Assembly: GCA_965221775.1 (NCBI GenBank)
Contig: CBDCSU010000004.1
Coordinates: 768,001-832,000, forward strand
Direction of reading: 5' to 3'
Source of the DNA: Candidatus Latescibacterota bacterium
GTDB lineage: Bacteria; Latescibacterota; UBA2968; UBA8231
DNA length: 64,000 nt
In this document: in pieces, positions 8,988 to 18,179 of the stretch
Layout: each line of letters opens with the position of its first letter
Numbering within the stretch: the stretch's first letter is position 1
Program-made: the position numbers and the translations under genes
Notes under the pieces: model-generated
Database searches by the model: none
What the model was told of the DNA's origin: nothing
The model's input: only the letters and a program-made list of their open reading frames with translations

Positions 8988-10112
8988 TCAGGTCCAGTTG
9001 CGGGGATCGGGAACGGCGACCCAGGTCGATCCTTCGGCGATCGACTGCTGGCTCGCCAGGCCGGGAAGGGTCATGTCCATGGCGGCGTCGATGCCGACGG
9101 CCGGCTCTGTCTCGCCGCAGATGGCGGCGACGAAGTCCTGCACCTCCCAGTAGTCGCCGCCGCCGTGGCCGGCCTGCAGCGCCTCCGGGGGCGGGCTCTT
9201 CCAGAAGTCGGGCAGGAACTCCTCCTCCAGGGCCGCCAGGGGCTCCCACCTCTGCTCCTCGCCGCGGGAGCGCAGCCACACCTTGGGCTCGGCCTCGTGG
9301 CCGTCGCCGGACTCGTAGGCGCCGTCGGTGCCCTGCAGGGCGTAGCGGGCCGTGTGGTGGGGCCGGTCGGAGAGCATGTCGACGCGGATCTGCACGAGGC
9401 CGCCGCTGACCATGCGGCACATCATGGTCACCGAGTCCTCCATCTCGTAGCGGTCGCCCCGGGGGTCGAGGTAGTGGTGGCCGGTGCCGGCGGCAGAGAC
9501 GGCGGCGACGCGGTCGGGGCGCGGGGCCCCGGCGTTGAACCACTGGTACACCGGGCCGAGGCTGTGGGTCGGGTAGGTGCAGCCGTTGACGCCGGTCTGC
9601 CAGCGCCGGCGCCAGGGTGTCGCCTCGTTGAGCCCGCGGAGCTGGTGGATGTAGGCGCCCTCGCCGTAGTAGGGGTCGCCGAAGAGCCCCCGCCGGGCCA
9701 GCTCGCGCACGAGGACGTTGGGCTTCATGTAGGTGAAGTTCTCGGCCATCATGTAGGTGGCCCCGCTGCGGCGGGCGGCGCGCACCAGGTCGCGGCACTC
9801 CTCGATGGAGACCCCGGCGGTGACCTCGCTCAGCACGTGGATCTCGCGCTCGAGGGCGAGGATCGCCTGGGGCGCGTGCCACTGCATGGGGGTGCCGATG
9901 ATGACGGCGTCCACGGCGCCGGAGTCGAGCAGCTCTCCGGCGTCGGTGAAGGTGTGCTCCACGCCGAGCTCGGCGGCGTTCGCCCGGAGCGGCTCGAGGC
10001 GCACGTCGCAGAGGGCGGTCAGCTCGGTGGCCGGGTTCGCCCGCAGGGCCTGCACGAAGCTGTTGCCGCGGCCGGCGGCGCCGATGATGCCGAAACGGAT
10101 CTCCGCCATCAC
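8988..10112 (-). CDS. Gfo/Idh/MocA family oxidoreductase
   Basis: FGIIGAAGRG, VDAVIIGTPMQWHAPQ, HVLSEV, YMMAEN, YPTHSLGP, GHGGGD. Confidence 0.9.
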   Translation of the reverse strand: MMAEIRFGIIGAAGRGNSFVQALRANPATELTALCDVRLEPLRANAAELGVEHTFTDAGELLDSGAVDAVIIGTPMQWHAPQAILALEREIHVLSEVTAGVSIEECRDLVRAARRSGATYMMAENFTYMKPNVLVRELARRGLFGDPYYGEGAYIHQLRGLNEATPWRRRWQTGVNGCTYPTHSLGPVYQWFNAGAPRPDRVAAVSAAGTGHHYLDPRGDRYEMEDSVTMMCRMVSGGLVQIRVDMLSDRPHHTARYALQGTDGAYESGDGHEAEPKVWLRSRGEEQRWEPLAALEEEFLPDFWKSPPPEALQAGHGGGDYWEVQDFVAAICGETEPAVGIDAAMDMTLPGLASQQSIAEGSTWVAVPDPRNWT

Positions 10113-11116
10113 TCCTGGTCCCAGGGAAGGGGCACGCCGAGGCGGGCGCCGGCGCCGCGCACCGACTCCTGCTCCGGCGGCCCGAAGGGGATGCCCTCGC
10201 GGCGGTAGCGCTCGAAGCGCTCGGCCTCGACGGCGCCGGGCAGCAGGGCGCGGTCGTGACCGGGGAAGGGCTCGTACGTGGCGGCCACGTCGCGGACCAT
10301 GCGGTCCACCTCGGCGCGGAAGGCCTCCTCCGAGACCGCCGAGCCCACGTGGATGGCCAGGATCGTGCCGCCGCTGGTGGCCTTCGGCCAGCGTTCAGCC
10401 GTGGCCGGGTCGGTCTGGGTGATCCCGGCGAGGCCGCCGCCCATGAGGGCGGCCACCGCGGTGTAGCCGACGCTCTTGAAGAAGGCCGCCGGGATCAGGG
10501 GGATCAGGGCGTCGAACTCCGCCCCCTTCTGGTAGTCGGCGAGGATGCGGGTGGCCGCGTCGAGAACGACCCCCGGCGTCTCTCCCCCCGGAAGGGCGAA
10601 GCAGATGGGCGGGTTGCCGTAGTAGGCCAGCTGCGGCTTGGGGTCGGCGGCGGCGGCGTTGCCGAGCCCCCGCGGTCCCTGCGCCGAGAACCCGATGCAG
10701 CCGGCGGCCGCGGCCCGGCGGCAGTAGTGGCCGGCGGAGCCGTAGTGGCCGATGGAGCGCACCGTGGCCATGCCCAGGCCCAGCTCCCGCGCCCGGGCGA
10801 CGGCCATGTCGGTCGCCTCCAGCATCGGCACGTATCCCAGGCCGCCGTCGCCGTCGAGGGCGGCCACGGCCGGGGTCTCGTGGATGACCGAGGCCCGCGG
10901 GGCGGGGTTGAGCAGACCCGCCTCCAGGGAGGCGCAGTATCCGTCGAGGGCGCGGCAGCCGTGGCTGCGGACGCCGCGCAGGTCGGAGTCGACGAGAAGC
11001 CGGGCCACGGCGCGCGCCTGGGCGGGAGGCGATCCGGCCTTCTCGAAGCAGGCCGAGGCAAAGCTCAGCAGCCGCTCCTCGCGCACGTTGACGGCCGTCT
11101 CCGGCGGCCGGTTCAC
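10109..11116 (-). CDS. Ldh_2 family (malate/L-lactate/sulfolactate dehydrogenase-like) oxidoreductase
   Basis: DLRGVRSHG, LDGDGGLG, HYGSAGHY, GNPPI, LLPG. Confidence 0.88.
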   Translation of the reverse strand: MNRPPETAVNVREERLLSFASACFEKAGSPPAQARAVARLLVDSDLRGVRSHGCRALDGYCASLEAGLLNPAPRASVIHETPAVAALDGDGGLGYVPMLEATDMAVARARELGLGMATVRSIGHYGSAGHYCRRAAAAGCIGFSAQGPRGLGNAAAADPKPQLAYYGNPPICFALPGGETPGVVLDAATRILADYQKGAEFDALIPLIPAAFFKSVGYTAVAALMGGGLAGITQTDPATAERWPKATSGGTILAIHVGSAVSEEAFRAEVDRMVRDVAATYEPFPGHDRALLPGAVEAERFERYRREGIPFGPPEQESVRGAGARLGVPLPWDQE

Positions 11117-11200
11117 GGCCTCTCCCTCCTTGCCCCGCCCCGGCGGCCGGAGCTACCTTGCCCCGCTCCCATTTCTCACCTGAGACCGAGCTGGATCCGA

Positions 11201-12343
11201 ATGAAACTCGACGTCGTGGAGCTGACGAAAGAGCTCGTAAGCTACAGATCCGAGAGCCGCCTGAGCAACGTCCCGGTCACCGAGCGGATCGCGGCGATTC
11301 TGGAGTCGCTGGGGTTCGAGGTCGAGCGGCTTCCCTATACCGACGACCGGGGTGTGGACAAGCTCTGCGTCGTCGGCCGGCTGGGGAAGGGCGGCGGCGG
11401 CCTGACGCTGATGAGCCACGACGACGTCGTGCCGGCGGCCCTCGAGGACGGCTGGAAGCAGGACCCCTACCAGGCCCGCGTGGCCGGGGGCAAGCTCCAT
11501 GGCCGCGGCGCCTGCGACATGAAGGGCCCCCTGGCGGCCTCGATCTGCGCCGCCGCGAAGTTCGGCGCCGGCGACCTGAAGCAGCCGCTGTTCATCGTGG
11601 TCACCGCCGACGAGGAGGTGCAGGCCCGCGGCGCCCGCGAGGTGACCCGCAAGTCGAAGCTCTTCGACGCGGCCAGCACCGGGTACGGGGTGATCTGCGA
11701 GCCCACCCTGCTGCGCGTGGTCTACGCCCACAAGGGATCGATGGCGATCCGCGCCACCGCCAGCGGCCGCGCCGCCCACACGAGCACCCTGAAGGGGGTC
11801 AACGCCAACCTCGCCATGATCCCCTTCCTGGTGGAGATGAGGAAGATCAACGACCTCGTCCTCTCCTCGAAGCGCTACCGCAACGAGGAGTTCTCGCCGC
11901 CCCACTCGGAGTGGAGCATCGGCATCAACGACGGCAACGTGGCCACCAACATCTCTCCCGTGCGCAGCGTCTGCACCGTGAGCTACCGGCTCATGCCCGG
12001 CATCGACCCGGCGCGGCTGCTGGAGCGCACGAAAGCCAAGGCCAGGGAGTGCGGCCTGAAGGTGGAGGTCCGGTTCCCCGGCGAGCCGGTCTACACCCCC
12101 CCGGACGCCCCCATCGTGCGCACCGCCCTGCGCCTGACCGGCACCCGCAAGCCGACGACCGTGGCCTACGGCACCGACGGCCTCGCCTTCCGCGAGAAGA
12201 TGCGCGACCTGGTCGTGCTTGGACCCGGCAACATCGCCCAGGCGCACACCGTGGACGAGTGGGTGCGGATCGATCAGCTGCGCAAGGCCGTCGACCTGTA
12301 CGGGCGCTTCATCGACCACGTCTGCGTGCGCGCAGAGAGCTGA
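11201..12343 (+). CDS. Acetylornithine deacetylase-like M20 metallopeptidase
   Basis: SHDDVVP, GRGACDMKG, TADEEV, ICEPT, GRAAHTS, YGTDG, AHTVDEW. Confidence 0.88.
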   Translation: MKLDVVELTKELVSYRSESRLSNVPVTERIAAILESLGFEVERLPYTDDRGVDKLCVVGRLGKGGGGLTLMSHDDVVPAALEDGWKQDPYQARVAGGKLHGRGACDMKGPLAASICAAAKFGAGDLKQPLFIVVTADEEVQARGAREVTRKSKLFDAASTGYGVICEPTLLRVVYAHKGSMAIRATASGRAAHTSTLKGVNANLAMIPFLVEMRKINDLVLSSKRYRNEEFSPPHSEWSIGINDGNVATNISPVRSVCTVSYRLMPGIDPARLLERTKAKARECGLKVEVRFPGEPVYTPPDAPIVRTALRLTGTRKPTTVAYGTDGLAFREKMRDLVVLGPGNIAQAHTVDEWVRIDQLRKAVDLYGRFIDHVCVRAES

Positions 12344-12350
12344 GGGAGGA

Positions 12351-12517
12351 TCCGCCGCAGGGGCGAGCCCGGGAGCCCGGTCGACCGACGGCGGCCGGGG
12401 CCTCGGCGATGGACGGCTATCAGAGCCGCCCTTGCGAAGCCGATCGCCGCAGAGGTCCTGGCGGATGCGCCCCACGAGCACCTCGTCGCGGCCGCTGGCC
12501 TCCAGGGGCACGGGAAG
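12351..12517 (-). pseudogene. Diverged remnant copy of the asd 3' end
   Basis: Direct repeat of 15549-15767; reads PVPLEASGRDEVLVGRIRQDL/CGDRLRKG vs asd PMPLEASGRDDVLVGRIRRDL...LCGDQLRKG, with a 36-nt deletion. Confidence 0.9.
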
Positions 12518-12528
12518 AGGAGAACGCA

Positions 12529-13755
12529 ATGATGAAGCTGGCGCAACGTCCGGTCTCTCGCTCGATGGCCCCCCTGTTGATGATTGCAGGATTGCTGCTG
12601 GCCGCCTTTGCCATGGCCTGTCGGGGCGGGCAGGATGCACCCGAGCCAGAAGGCCGGGACGACCCCGGGTTCTCCGACGACCACGTCCTCTTCGGTCAAT
12701 CCGCCGCCTTCACCGGACCGGCGCGGGAGTTGGGTCAGGCGATGCGCCTGGGAATCGAGGCGGCCTTCCACGAGGCGAACCAGGGAGGGGGCGTCCATGG
12801 CCGCGAGCTGAAGCTCAAGGCCCTGGATGACGGCTACGAAACCGGCTTCGCCGCTTCCAACACGGAACGGCTGATCGAGATCGAGAGGGTCTTCGCCCTC
12901 ATCGGAGCGGTGGGCACACCCACGTCCCGCGCCGCATCACCGCTGGCCCGGGCGGCCCGGGTGCCCTTCCTGGCTCCCTTCACGGGGGCCGAGTTCCTGC
13001 GCCACCGGGAGTTGGACAATGTCCTCAACCTCCGGGCCTCGTACTACCAGGAAACCGAGGAGATGGTGGCGCGGCTCACCGAGGACCTGGGGATCACCCG
13101 CGTCGCCGTCCTCTACCAGGATGACTCCTTCGGCCTGAACGGGCTGGAGGGCGCGAGACGGGCCCTCGAGCGCCGCGGCCTGGAGCCGGCAGCGGCCGCC
13201 CACTACCCGCGCAATACCCGCGCCGTGAGGGGGGCGGCGCTCAAGATCACCGCGGCCGATCCGGAAGCGGTGATCCTCATCGGCTCCTACATGCCGGTGG
13301 TGAAGACCATAGAGTTGGTGCGGCGGGAGCTGGACCCGGTATTCATGACGGTCTCCTTCGTGGGGAGCAACGCCCTGGCCAACGAGCTGGGCCCCGACGG
13401 GGCCGGCGTGTACGTCACGCAGGTGGTTCCCCTCCCCCACGACGCGGACATCCCCGTGGTGGCTCGATACCACGGGGCGCTCTTCGAGTACGACCCCCGG
13501 GCGGAACCCGGGTTCGTCTCGTTGGAAGGGTATCTGGCCGGCCGCCTGGCCGTGGCCGGCCTCGAAGCCTGCGGCCGCGACCTGAGTCGAGAGTGCCTTC
13601 TCCAGGCGGTGCGGGAGGCCGGCACCATCGACATCGACGGCATGCGGCTCAAGTACGGGCCGGACGACAACCAGGGATCCGACGCCGTGTTCCTCACCGT
13701 GATCGGCACGGACGGCGAGTACCAAGGGGTCGACAGACTCAGAGGCCCGAACTAG
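12529..13755 (+). CDS. Periplasmic ligand-binding lipoprotein (LivJ / Peripla_BP_6 type)
   Basis: Lipobox-like FAMAC; FGQSAAFTGPA, GGVHGR, LDDGYE, GAVGTPTS, NLRASY; GAGGAG RBS. Confidence 0.88.
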   Translation: MMKLAQRPVSRSMAPLLMIAGLLLAAFAMACRGGQDAPEPEGRDDPGFSDDHVLFGQSAAFTGPARELGQAMRLGIEAAFHEANQGGGVHGRELKLKALDDGYETGFAASNTERLIEIERVFALIGAVGTPTSRAASPLARAARVPFLAPFTGAEFLRHRELDNVLNLRASYYQETEEMVARLTEDLGITRVAVLYQDDSFGLNGLEGARRALERRGLEPAAAAHYPRNTRAVRGAALKITAADPEAVILIGSYMPVVKTIELVRRELDPVFMTVSFVGSNALANELGPDGAGVYVTQVVPLPHDADIPVVARYHGALFEYDPRAEPGFVSLEGYLAGRLAVAGLEACGRDLSRECLLQAVREAGTIDIDGMRLKYGPDDNQGSDAVFLTVIGTDGEYQGVDRLRGPN

Positions 13756-13789
13756 AGACCTCCCGAACGGCACTGCGGAGAACCCCAAG

Positions 13790-15523
13790 ATGTCCATGGA
13801 AGGCTTCTCGCTCCAGGCGATAACGGATCTGTTCAAGTTCGCCGAGCACACCCACGAACTGCACCAGTCGCTGTTGACTCTCGGACTGCTCATCATCGTT
13901 GCCAAGCTGGCCGAGGGCGTCTTCCGCAGGCTGCGCCTGAACTCCATCATCGCCTATGCGGCGACGGGCATGCTCCTGGGTCCGGTCATGGAGCTCACCG
14001 GCCTCTGGTGGATCGAGTCGACCCTGCACCTCGAGCTGGTCCTGGCGCTGGGGGTGTTCATCTTCTTCTTCCTCATCGGCCTGGACGAAGTCGACATCTC
14101 CAGTTTCATGTCGTCCCTCAAAGGCCACTACTTCCTCGCCGCCGTGCTCTCCGTGACCGTGTCGCTGAGCATCTCGATGCTGGTCACCACCGACCTGGTC
14201 TTCGATTTCGGACTGAAACTGAATTTCACCGAGTCCCTGGCCCTGGCCGGCGTCCTGTCCATGACCAGTCTGGGCATCGTGGCGAAAGTGCTGACGGACG
14301 GCGGCTACCTGAAAAAGCCGGTCGGACTGCAGATCTTCACGGTGGTGATCATCGCCGAGTTGATCGCCCTGCTGCTGATCGGCTTCAGCATCGGCGAGCA
14401 CGCCCACCAGCTTTCCCCCGTGGGCATACTGATCCTGCTCGGCAAAGTCGCCGGTTTCTCGGTGGTGACCTGGGTGTTGTCGTCGCGGGTGCTGCCACCC
14501 CTGGTGGCGCTGTTGCAACGGGTGATCCAGGTGCCGCAGCTCTCCCTGGGTCTGCTCCTCGGCATGCTCTTCCTGATCGTGTACGGCGCCGAAGCGGTGG
14601 GACTCCACGGCTCGCTGGGGGCCCTGCTCTTCGGGGCGTCGCTCTCGGGCCTTCCCTACCAGGTGCAGCGGGAGATCATCCCGGGGATTCGCAGCGTCGC
14701 CGAGGGGTTCTTCGTGCCCCTGTTCTTCGCTTCCGCCGGATTGAGCTTCAGCTTCACCTTCGTCACCCTGCCCCTGGAGGCGATGGCGGGGCTGGCGCTG
14801 ATCCCGTTGCTCGGCAACTTCACCGGCGCCTTCATCGGCGCTTACGTCTCCCGCCTCGCCGTTCCCTACGCCGTGGCCACCGGCCTGATGGGCAAGGGCG
14901 TGGCCGAGATCGCGCTGTTGCTGGTCATGTGGGATTCCGGAATCATCGACGAGGTGGTTTTCTCGTTCCTGGTGCTGGTCATGTTCTGCTACATCCTGTT
15001 CATGCCGTCGGTGATCAACTTCGCCGTGGGCCGGGCCAGCCACAGGACCGACCTGCCGGAGAAACTCGACGACATTCCCCTGGGAATCGCCCGCTTCGCC
15101 CTCGAAGACATCAGGATCGACGACATTCTGGACCGCGCGCACCGGCATCCGGCGCCGACCGTCACGGTGCGCGACTTCACCGAGCAGTGGATCGTCCCGC
15201 ACCAGCCCCACTACGTCGTGGCAGACGAGGAAGCGCTCGTGGGGATCGTCTCCCTGGAGATGCTCCGCTACCTGCCCAAGGAGGCCTGGGGCAAGACCCG
15301 GCTCGACGCCGTGGTACGCCGCCAGACCCCGTTGGCCTGGCCGGACGAGCAGGTCGAAGACGTGCTGCAGCGCATGTCGGAGAGTTCCCTTTCCGTCATG
15401 CCTGTCGTGGAGCGGGATTCGGAGAGGTTTCTGGGCTCGGTCACCAGCAACGACATCATCCAGCTCATGACCATGGAGACCGTGGACGAGAGCAGATCGC
15501 CGCGCGGTCCGATCAAGGCCTGA
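13790..15523 (+). CDS. Cation:proton antiporter (CPA2/Kef type) with C-terminal CBS pair
   Basis: Many TM helices, GMLLGP, LSMTSLGIVAKVL, FFVPLFFA; tail with LVGIVS and PVV..FLGSVT..DII CBS motifs. Confidence 0.88.
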   Translation: MSMEGFSLQAITDLFKFAEHTHELHQSLLTLGLLIIVAKLAEGVFRRLRLNSIIAYAATGMLLGPVMELTGLWWIESTLHLELVLALGVFIFFFLIGLDEVDISSFMSSLKGHYFLAAVLSVTVSLSISMLVTTDLVFDFGLKLNFTESLALAGVLSMTSLGIVAKVLTDGGYLKKPVGLQIFTVVIIAELIALLLIGFSIGEHAHQLSPVGILILLGKVAGFSVVTWVLSSRVLPPLVALLQRVIQVPQLSLGLLLGMLFLIVYGAEAVGLHGSLGALLFGASLSGLPYQVQREIIPGIRSVAEGFFVPLFFASAGLSFSFTFVTLPLEAMAGLALIPLLGNFTGAFIGAYVSRLAVPYAVATGLMGKGVAEIALLLVMWDSGIIDEVVFSFLVLVMFCYILFMPSVINFAVGRASHRTDLPEKLDDIPLGIARFALEDIRIDDILDRAHRHPAPTVTVRDFTEQWIVPHQPHYVVADEEALVGIVSLEMLRYLPKEAWGKTRLDAVVRRQTPLAWPDEQVEDVLQRMSESSLSVMPVVERDSERFLGSVTSNDIIQLMTMETVDESRSPRGPIKA

Positions 15524-15557
15524 GGCGGCTGGCCCGCGAGGCCGGGTGTCCGCCGCA

Positions 15558-15578
15558 AGCCCGCCGGAGAGGCGGGCT
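15558..15578. terminator. Hairpin between convergent antiporter and asd
   Basis: AGCCCGCC-GGAGA-GGCGGGCT. Confidence 0.5.
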
Positions 15579-16600
15579 CAGGAGCCGAGACGGCCGGCGG
15601 CGGCCAGGGCCTCGGCGATCTGCACGGCGTTGAGGGCCGCGCCCTTGCGGAGCTGATCGCCGCACAGGAACATGCTCACGGAGGTGCCGTCGGGCCGCGA
15701 CAGGTCCCGGCGGATGCGGCCCACGAGCACGTCGTCCCGGCCGCTGGCCTCCAGGGGCATGGGGAAGTGGTTGGCCTCGCGGTCGTCCACGAGAGCCACC
15801 CCCGGCGCCTCGCCCAGGATCCGCCGCACCTCCTCCTCGCTCACCGGCTCCTCGAACTCGACGGTCACCGCCTCGGAGTGGGCCCGCAGGATGGGGACGC
15901 GCACGCAGGTGGGCGACACCAGGATCGACTCCTCGTGGAACATCTTGCGCGTCTCCCGGATCATCTTCACCTCTTCCTCGCAGTAACCGTCGGCGTCGAT
16001 CTCGGTGTTGTGCGAGAACAGGTTGAAGGCGATGGGGTACGGCAGCTCGCGCGGCACCGCCGGCCGGTCGTTGAGGACGTCCCGCGTCTGCTCCACCAGC
16101 TCCTCCATGGCGGGGGCGCCGGCGCCGGAGATCGCCTGGTAGGTGGAGACGATCACGCGGCGCACGCGGTGGACGCGGTGCAGGGGCCACAAGGGGACGA
16201 CCATGATGATGGTGGAGCAGTTCGGGTTGGCGACGATGCCCTTGTGGGCGTCCAGGTCGGCGGGATTGACCTCGGGCACCACGAGGGGCACCTCCGGGTC
16301 CATGCGGAAGGCGGAGGTGTTGTCCACGACCACGGCGCCGGCGGCCACCGCCGCGGGCGCGTAGCGCCGGCTGAGGCTGCCGCCGGCCGACGACAGCACC
16401 AAGTCCATGCCCTCGAAGGAACCCTCGGTCAGCTCCTGCACGGTGAGGCTCTCGCCGCGGTAGTCGATCCTGCGCCCGGCGGAACGGCGCGAGGCCAGCA
16501 GCCGCAGCTCCTTCACCGGGAAGTCGCGCTCGGCGAGGATCTCGAGCATGACCTCGCCCACGGCGCCGGTGGCGCCCATGATGGCGACGCGGAAGCTCAC
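15578..16600 (-). CDS. asd: Aspartate-semialdehyde dehydrogenase
   Basis: GATGAVG, DNTSAFRM, VVPEVN, ANPNCST, STYQAISGAG, TCVRVP, DQLRKGAALNAVQIAE. Confidence 0.97.
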   Translation of the reverse strand: MSFRVAIMGATGAVGEVMLEILAERDFPVKELRLLASRRSAGRRIDYRGESLTVQELTEGSFEGMDLVLSSAGGSLSRRYAPAAVAAGAVVVDNTSAFRMDPEVPLVVPEVNPADLDAHKGIVANPNCSTIIMVVPLWPLHRVHRVRRVIVSTYQAISGAGAPAMEELVEQTRDVLNDRPAVPRELPYPIAFNLFSHNTEIDADGYCEEEVKMIRETRKMFHEESILVSPTCVRVPILRAHSEAVTVEFEEPVSEEEVRRILGEAPGVALVDDREANHFPMPLEASGRDDVLVGRIRRDLSRPDGTSVSMFLCGDQLRKGAALNAVQIAEALAAAGRLGS

Positions 16601-17895
16601 AGGTCCTGCATCCGGATCAGGCGCGCTCCGCGGGTCACCGGAGGCAGGGCCTCGATGGCACCCATGGCCTGCTGCATGGCCCGCTCCCGCGCCTCGTGGG
16701 TGACGATGACCAGGGGCACGGCGCCGCCCTGGAGGTCGCGCTCCTTCTGCAGCACGGAGGCGATGCTGATGCGCTCCTCGGCGAGGATGCGGGCGATCTG
16801 CTCGAGGACGCCGGGGCGGTCCTCCACCAGGACCCGCAGGAAGTAGCGGATCTCGGCGTCGCGGATGTCGGCGAAGCCCAGCGCTTCTTCGCCGAGGATC
16901 ATGTCCTCGATGGAGGTCGACGCCCCCCGCCGGCGGCGCTCGGCCAGCTCCACGAGATCGGAGACCACGGCGCTCGCCGTGGGCATGCGCCCGGCGCCGG
17001 CGCCGGAGAACACCTGGGTGCCCACGGCGCTGCCCACGACCTCGATGGCGTTGAACTCGTCCTGGATGTTGGCCAGCTGCGACTCGCCGGGGACCATGAC
17101 CGGATGGACGCGGGCCTCCACGAGGCCGCCGCCGCCGTGCCGGGCGATGGCCAGGAGCTTGATGGCGAAGCCCAGCTCGCGGGCGTACTCGATGTCGCTC
17201 GCCTCGATATCCTCGATCCCCTCGCAGTAGATGTCGGCCGCCGTGCCCCGCGTGTGAAAGGCGATGCGGCTGAGGATGGCGAGCTTGGAGGCGGCGTCGG
17301 CGCCGCTCACGTCGGCCGCCGGGTCGGGCTCGGCGTAGCCGGCGGCCTGGGCCCGGGCCAGGATCTCGGGGTAGTCGCCCTCGCCGCGGGTCATGCGGCT
17401 GAGGATGTAGTTCGTCGTGCCGTTGAGGATGCCGTAGAGGCTCTCCACGCGGTTGGCCACGAGGCCGTTGCGCAGGGAGCGGATGATGGGGATCCCGCCG
17501 GCGACGCTGGCCTCGAAGAGCAGGTCCACGTCGCCCTCGGCGGCCAGGTCGAACAACTCGTCGCCGTGCTCGGCGATGACCGCCTTGTTGGCGGTGACCA
17601 CGTGTTTGCCCGCCTGCAGGGCCTGGCGAATCCAGCCGAAGGCCTCCGGCGCCCCGGTCAGCTCGACCACCACCTGCACCTCCGGATCGGAGATCACCCG
17701 GCCGGCGTCGCCGGTGAGCACGCCCCGAGGAAGATCGACGTCGCGGCTCTTCGAGGGATCGCGCACCCCTACCCGACGCACCTCGAAGCTGGCCTTGCGG
17801 CGGCGCACGGCGGCGGGGGCCTCGCGCAGGAGCTGCACGACGCCGGTGCCGACCGTGCCGAGGCCGATCAGGCCGAGTCCGAGGGGGTTGCTCAT
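16597..17895 (-). CDS. hom: Homoserine dehydrogenase with ACT domain
   Basis: GLGTVGTG, HVVTANK, FEASVAGGIP, GILNGTTNYIL, GAGAG..PTASAV, DRPGVL. Confidence 0.96.
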   Translation of the reverse strand: MSNPLGLGLIGLGTVGTGVVQLLREAPAAVRRRKASFEVRRVGVRDPSKSRDVDLPRGVLTGDAGRVISDPEVQVVVELTGAPEAFGWIRQALQAGKHVVTANKAVIAEHGDELFDLAAEGDVDLLFEASVAGGIPIIRSLRNGLVANRVESLYGILNGTTNYILSRMTRGEGDYPEILARAQAAGYAEPDPAADVSGADAASKLAILSRIAFHTRGTAADIYCEGIEDIEASDIEYARELGFAIKLLAIARHGGGGLVEARVHPVMVPGESQLANIQDEFNAIEVVGSAVGTQVFSGAGAGRMPTASAVVSDLVELAERRRRGASTSIEDMILGEEALGFADIRDAEIRYFLRVLVEDRPGVLEQIARILAEERISIASVLQKERDLQGGAVPLVIVTHEARERAMQQAMGAIEALPPVTRGARLIRMQDL

Positions 17896-18069
17896 CGGTT
17901 CGGGAAGGGGCCCGCGGCGGACGGCGTTGCGCGGCCGGGGATGGGACGGCTCTCGGCGGTCATCGGCGGATCGTTCGGTCGCGCGGTGTGGGTGAGAACG
18001 GCCAGCGGCGAGGTGCCTTCCGGGCGCCTTGGGCTAGCGGCGGGCTCGGAGAACGGGCCAAGCTGTTCG

Positions 18070-18098
18070 AAAGTACCGGGGCCCCCGGATATCGTCAA
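18070..18098 (-). promoter_or_regulatory. sigma70-type promoter for hom-asd
   Basis: TTGACG-17-TACTTT on minus strand. Confidence 0.55.
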
Positions 18099-18130
18099 TC
18101 AGAGTGCCCCGACGCGGTACGGGGGCCGCA

Positions 18131-18159
18131 TTGCCGCCCCGGACGGCGGCGGGTAGGTT
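18131..18159 (+). promoter_or_regulatory. sigma70-type promoter for ctaA
   Basis: TTGCCG-17-TAGGTT, then GGAGGAG RBS. Confidence 0.45.
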
Positions 18160-18179
18160 GATTCGGGAGGAGAGGACAG

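Noticed and set aside
17941-17954. TGGGACGGCTCTC shared with 5171-5183
   Set aside because: 13-bp match with no extension or shared context.
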